From the NCBI GenBank assembly GCA_032718475.1, contig JAUCBJ010007445.1, forward strand, positions 1-46,130: a stretch of 46,130 nucleotides of DNA, written 5' to 3'. A model generated the notes under the pieces. It saw nothing but the letters and a program-made list of their open reading frames with translations, did no database searches and had not been told where the DNA came from. The DNA is from Nemertoderma westbladi. Taxonomy: Eukaryota > Animalia > Xenacoelomorpha. A program made the translations under genes and the position numbers. Below, in pieces: positions 43,458 to 46,130 of this stretch. Position 1 is the stretch's first letter, and every line of letters starts with the position of its first letter.

Positions 43458-46130
43458 CAGGGGCGCCGGAAGCAAATTTGTGCGACGGGGGCAGCTGCTA
43501 AAAAAGGGCACTTTTTATAATACGATAATAAAATTAGAAAAAAGTTACTATTAAATAATAGGCGTACTTATTAATTACTTTTATTACTTTAATTAATTAT
43601 TTGCATGAAACATTGCACTACCTAATATAATAATACAAACGGGGTGTATTAAATAATAGGCTTACTTATTAATTACAAGTTTGCATTGTATTGCATATAC
43701 ATAAAAGTAAATACATACAAAATATACTGTATAAACATACGTACATTAAAAAAAAATTTGCATGAAACATTGCACTAACTAATATAATAATTACAGCCTA
43801 AACAGCAGATTGTTTGCCAGTTATATCATTGAAATGAGATTGGAATTATAAAATTGAATGACTCACGATAATTTAGTTAAAATTTCCCGAAATATTTTTT
43901 CCGCCTATCAGTTTTTACAATAAATTCCCTGGCGACTTTCTCAGAAACGATGTTGTCGATGCGTTCCTTATGAAGTACGGCAAACATTCTATTGCTTAGG
44001 CTGTTGGCTGACATTTTGGATCGCAGCCATGATTTTATGCGTCGCATGGCACTGAAACTGCGCTCTGCTGTAGCAGATGAAAGTGCCACCGACTGGTAGA
44101 GCTGCAATAACTTACATAACTCTGGCATGAATTCCTTGCTACTTTCTTTGGATGCTAGAATTTCACATAGTGTGTTAAGTTTAGTTACCCTTCTGATTGG
44201 TATAGAGTTCTCTTTGTTGTGAATTTTGATATGGACAGGTAACTCTCGAAGCTCTTCAGTCAACATATCGAGTTTAATTAGCTTAGAGAAATGGACGAGT
44301 TTCTCTTGGACATCATCTAGAGTTCCTTCCTTGTTTGCAGCATCCAACAAACACTGTTCTATATTTCGCAGGTGTCTGAGGTCTTCTTGGTCAAATCGTT
44401 TCTTGAGTGATTGACTTGTGGAGTCAATTGCTTCATAAAATTCAACAAGGAGCCTCTTCTTCTCACACATATTTGTAACCTCTATGGGAGTTTTAGAATG
44501 AATAACAAAATCTGACATGCGGCCTCCTGGGGTAGTTCTTTTCCTTTTTGTAATTTCGTCATTGTGTTTTATTCCAGACATCTTCTCTACTTTGTTATAA
44601 ATCCGCTCAAATTCAGTTTCTGAACGTAGCTCTTGCAAACGGATATATACTTTGTCAATGCTGGTAATGGCTTGTTCAGCAGTAAGATTGGAACTCTGTA
44701 ACAGTTTGGAGTTATTTTCAAGTAACTGTGCCAACTCCTGCATGGCTACAATTCTGAACATATTCGGGAATTGTTGAATCTTGGCCAGCAGACCACGTGC
44801 CTTAGATCTACATTCAGGTTTGACAGATTTATCTTCTTTCAGGTGTTCTAACATTGCCTGAAGCTCCGTGTGCTTTTTTGTGATTACTTCTGCTGCAGGT
44901 CCTCTTGTAGTCCATCTTGTACGTGACAGGTTCTGTAGTCTTAAGGTGGCATTATCATTGTCAACTTCCCTTTGAATTGCTTCGAATAGCAAGATTCTTT
45001 TTGGACTTACACCAACAAGGGTATATAATTCTTCGCATAGGTCTTGTGAATATTCAACCAGTGACGAAAGAGAAGTAGCATCCTTGAACACTAACTCATT
45101 ACAATGAGCAAAACAATGAAAATACATTGCATGCTGGGTGATATTATTTTTGATCAATTCAGCAAGACTTTTCATCGAGGAAGCTCCATCGAATGCCATA
45201 CCTACCATTTTTTCTGTATTCATTCCACAACGAACAAGTATATCATTAACATATTCAAGAAGGGCGTCCGCTGTCAACCCCTTGTCGCAAGGTAAAACCC
45301 CCACAAAATCTTCTCGAATATCAAATGTGGTAGTACAGTAGCGGACAGAAAATGAGAGCTGCTCAGTTTTGGAAATGTCACTTGATTCATCACAGATTAT
45401 AGAATAAAACTCAGCTGCAATGATTTCATTCACAAGCACTCTCCTCGCTTTTAATACAAGGGACTCTTCTTGTTCGGTTAGAATTTCATGTGAAAAGAAC
45501 TGGTTTTCCTCAAGAAGACGTTTAAGCCCACTGTCGCTTAGTGCTTTATCTATATTAAACTGCCAGATATTTGAGTCTAGGTCTGTATGACCCCGTATTG
45601 GAAGTCCTTGGCGAAGAAGCGTTTTCATAGTATTAAGATGAGCAACTAGACCTTGTCTTCTTAGTTTCTGTTGTTCTCTTACCTGATCATCAAGTTGGCA
45701 GCCTATATCTGGTGAATCTTTTCGTGAACTAATTTCGGATGACCTGTGATTTTCGCTGTTCTCATGTTCATTCAAACGCTCCACTCCTTTTTTCCAATTC
45801 CGAAATCCTGGTGCCGCAGAGTGAAATACGAATACCGAATTATCTCGAGGTTGCTTGAAATGAGTGCAGATTCTGCAGAAAGCAGCCAATTTGTCACGGT
45901 TATACCACAGCCACGGATGGGATTCAAACCATTCAGATTGAAAGTACCTTCCATTGTTGATGCTTTTTTGCTTCTCTTTAACAGAGAATTTGCTTCTTTC
46001 CATGATCCAGGGGTCAGAGAAAACTAAGCTGCCTGGGTCTGGCCGTTGCTTCTCTAAACTAGAACTAGCAGAAGTAGACTCAGATTCATTTAAATCTACA
46101 TTTGGCTGTTGTGCGGGTGCCGGTATTACA
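43458..46130 (-). mobile_element. hAT DNA transposon, runs off the window
   Basis: CAGGGGCGCCGGAAG terminus directly after a (TA)n run, with an intact transposase ORF. Confidence 0.85.
43877..46129 (-). CDS. hAT transposase (ZMYM1/THAP12-like; TTF zinc finger, DUF4371, hAT dimerisation domain); frame is open to the window edge
   Basis: RYFQSEWFESHPWL..FCRIC, YSIICDESSDIS, FDGASSM, HCFAHC, TRW, SATAERSFSAMRRIKSWLRSKM. There is no stop between 46003 and 46129. Confidence 0.92.
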   Translation of the reverse strand, partial: VIPAPAQQPNVDLNESESTSASSSLEKQRPDPGSLVFSDPWIMERSKFSVKEKQKSINNGRYFQSEWFESHPWLWYNRDKLAAFCRICTHFKQPRDNSVFVFHSAAPGFRNWKKGVERLNEHENSENHRSSEISSRKDSPDIGCQLDDQVREQQKLRRQGLVAHLNTMKTLLRQGLPIRGHTDLDSNIWQFNIDKALSDSGLKRLLEENQFFSHEILTEQEESLVLKARRVLVNEIIAAEFYSIICDESSDISKTEQLSFSVRYCTTTFDIREDFVGVLPCDKGLTADALLEYVNDILVRCGMNTEKMVGMAFDGASSMKSLAELIKNNITQHAMYFHCFAHCNELVFKDATSLSSLVEYSQDLCEELYTLVGVSPKRILLFEAIQREVDNDNATLRLQNLSRTRWTTRGPAAEVITKKHTELQAMLEHLKEDKSVKPECRSKARGLLAKIQQFPNMFRIVAMQELAQLLENNSKLLQSSNLTAEQAITSIDKVYIRLQELRSETEFERIYNKVEKMSGIKHNDEITKRKRTTPGGRMSDFVIHSKTPIEVTNMCEKKRLLVEFYEAIDSTSQSLKKRFDQEDLRHLRNIEQCLLDAANKEGTLDDVQEKLVHFSKLIKLDMLTEELRELPVHIKIHNKENSIPIRRVTKLNTLCEILASKESSKEFMPELCKLLQLYQSVALSSATAERSFSAMRRIKSWLRSKMSANSLSNRMFAVLHKERIDNIVSEKVAREFIVKTDRRKKYFGKF

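Noticed and set aside
43877-46003. Domesticated host gene (ZMYM1/THAP12)
   Set aside because: It has a TIR-like terminus and sits inside a recent Penelope pLTR, so it is a transposon.

Overview
AT-rich eukaryotic (animal, probably invertebrate) DNA, mostly transposable elements. Three host genes lie on the minus strand: a two-exon FoxQ2-type forkhead gene, intronless SDHAF2 and an intronless hillarin/KY-like transglutaminase-fold gene. The left half holds several decayed LINEs, a decayed Gypsy pol and a ~4.4 kb array of a 26-bp unit. That unit appears to derive from the 'GxxQGDSLSP' motif of the LINE reverse transcriptase it interrupts. The right half (23.3-46.1 kb) is a single nest. A Penelope-like element (hammerhead motif, Thr/Pro repeat inside its RT, inverted pLTR) was hit by a HINE-like element, a hAT and a TTAA-flanked Kolobok-like MITE. 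The MITE contains a young, RT-less BEL/Pao LTR element, which in turn contains a second small BEL-like LTR element. The most striking observation is that neither LTR element has a tRNA (TGG) primer-binding site. In each, the 10-11 nt abutting the 5' LTR are exactly complementary to a site inside its own LTR, the hallmark of Tf1-type self-primed reverse transcription. All calls were made by eye, without database searches.
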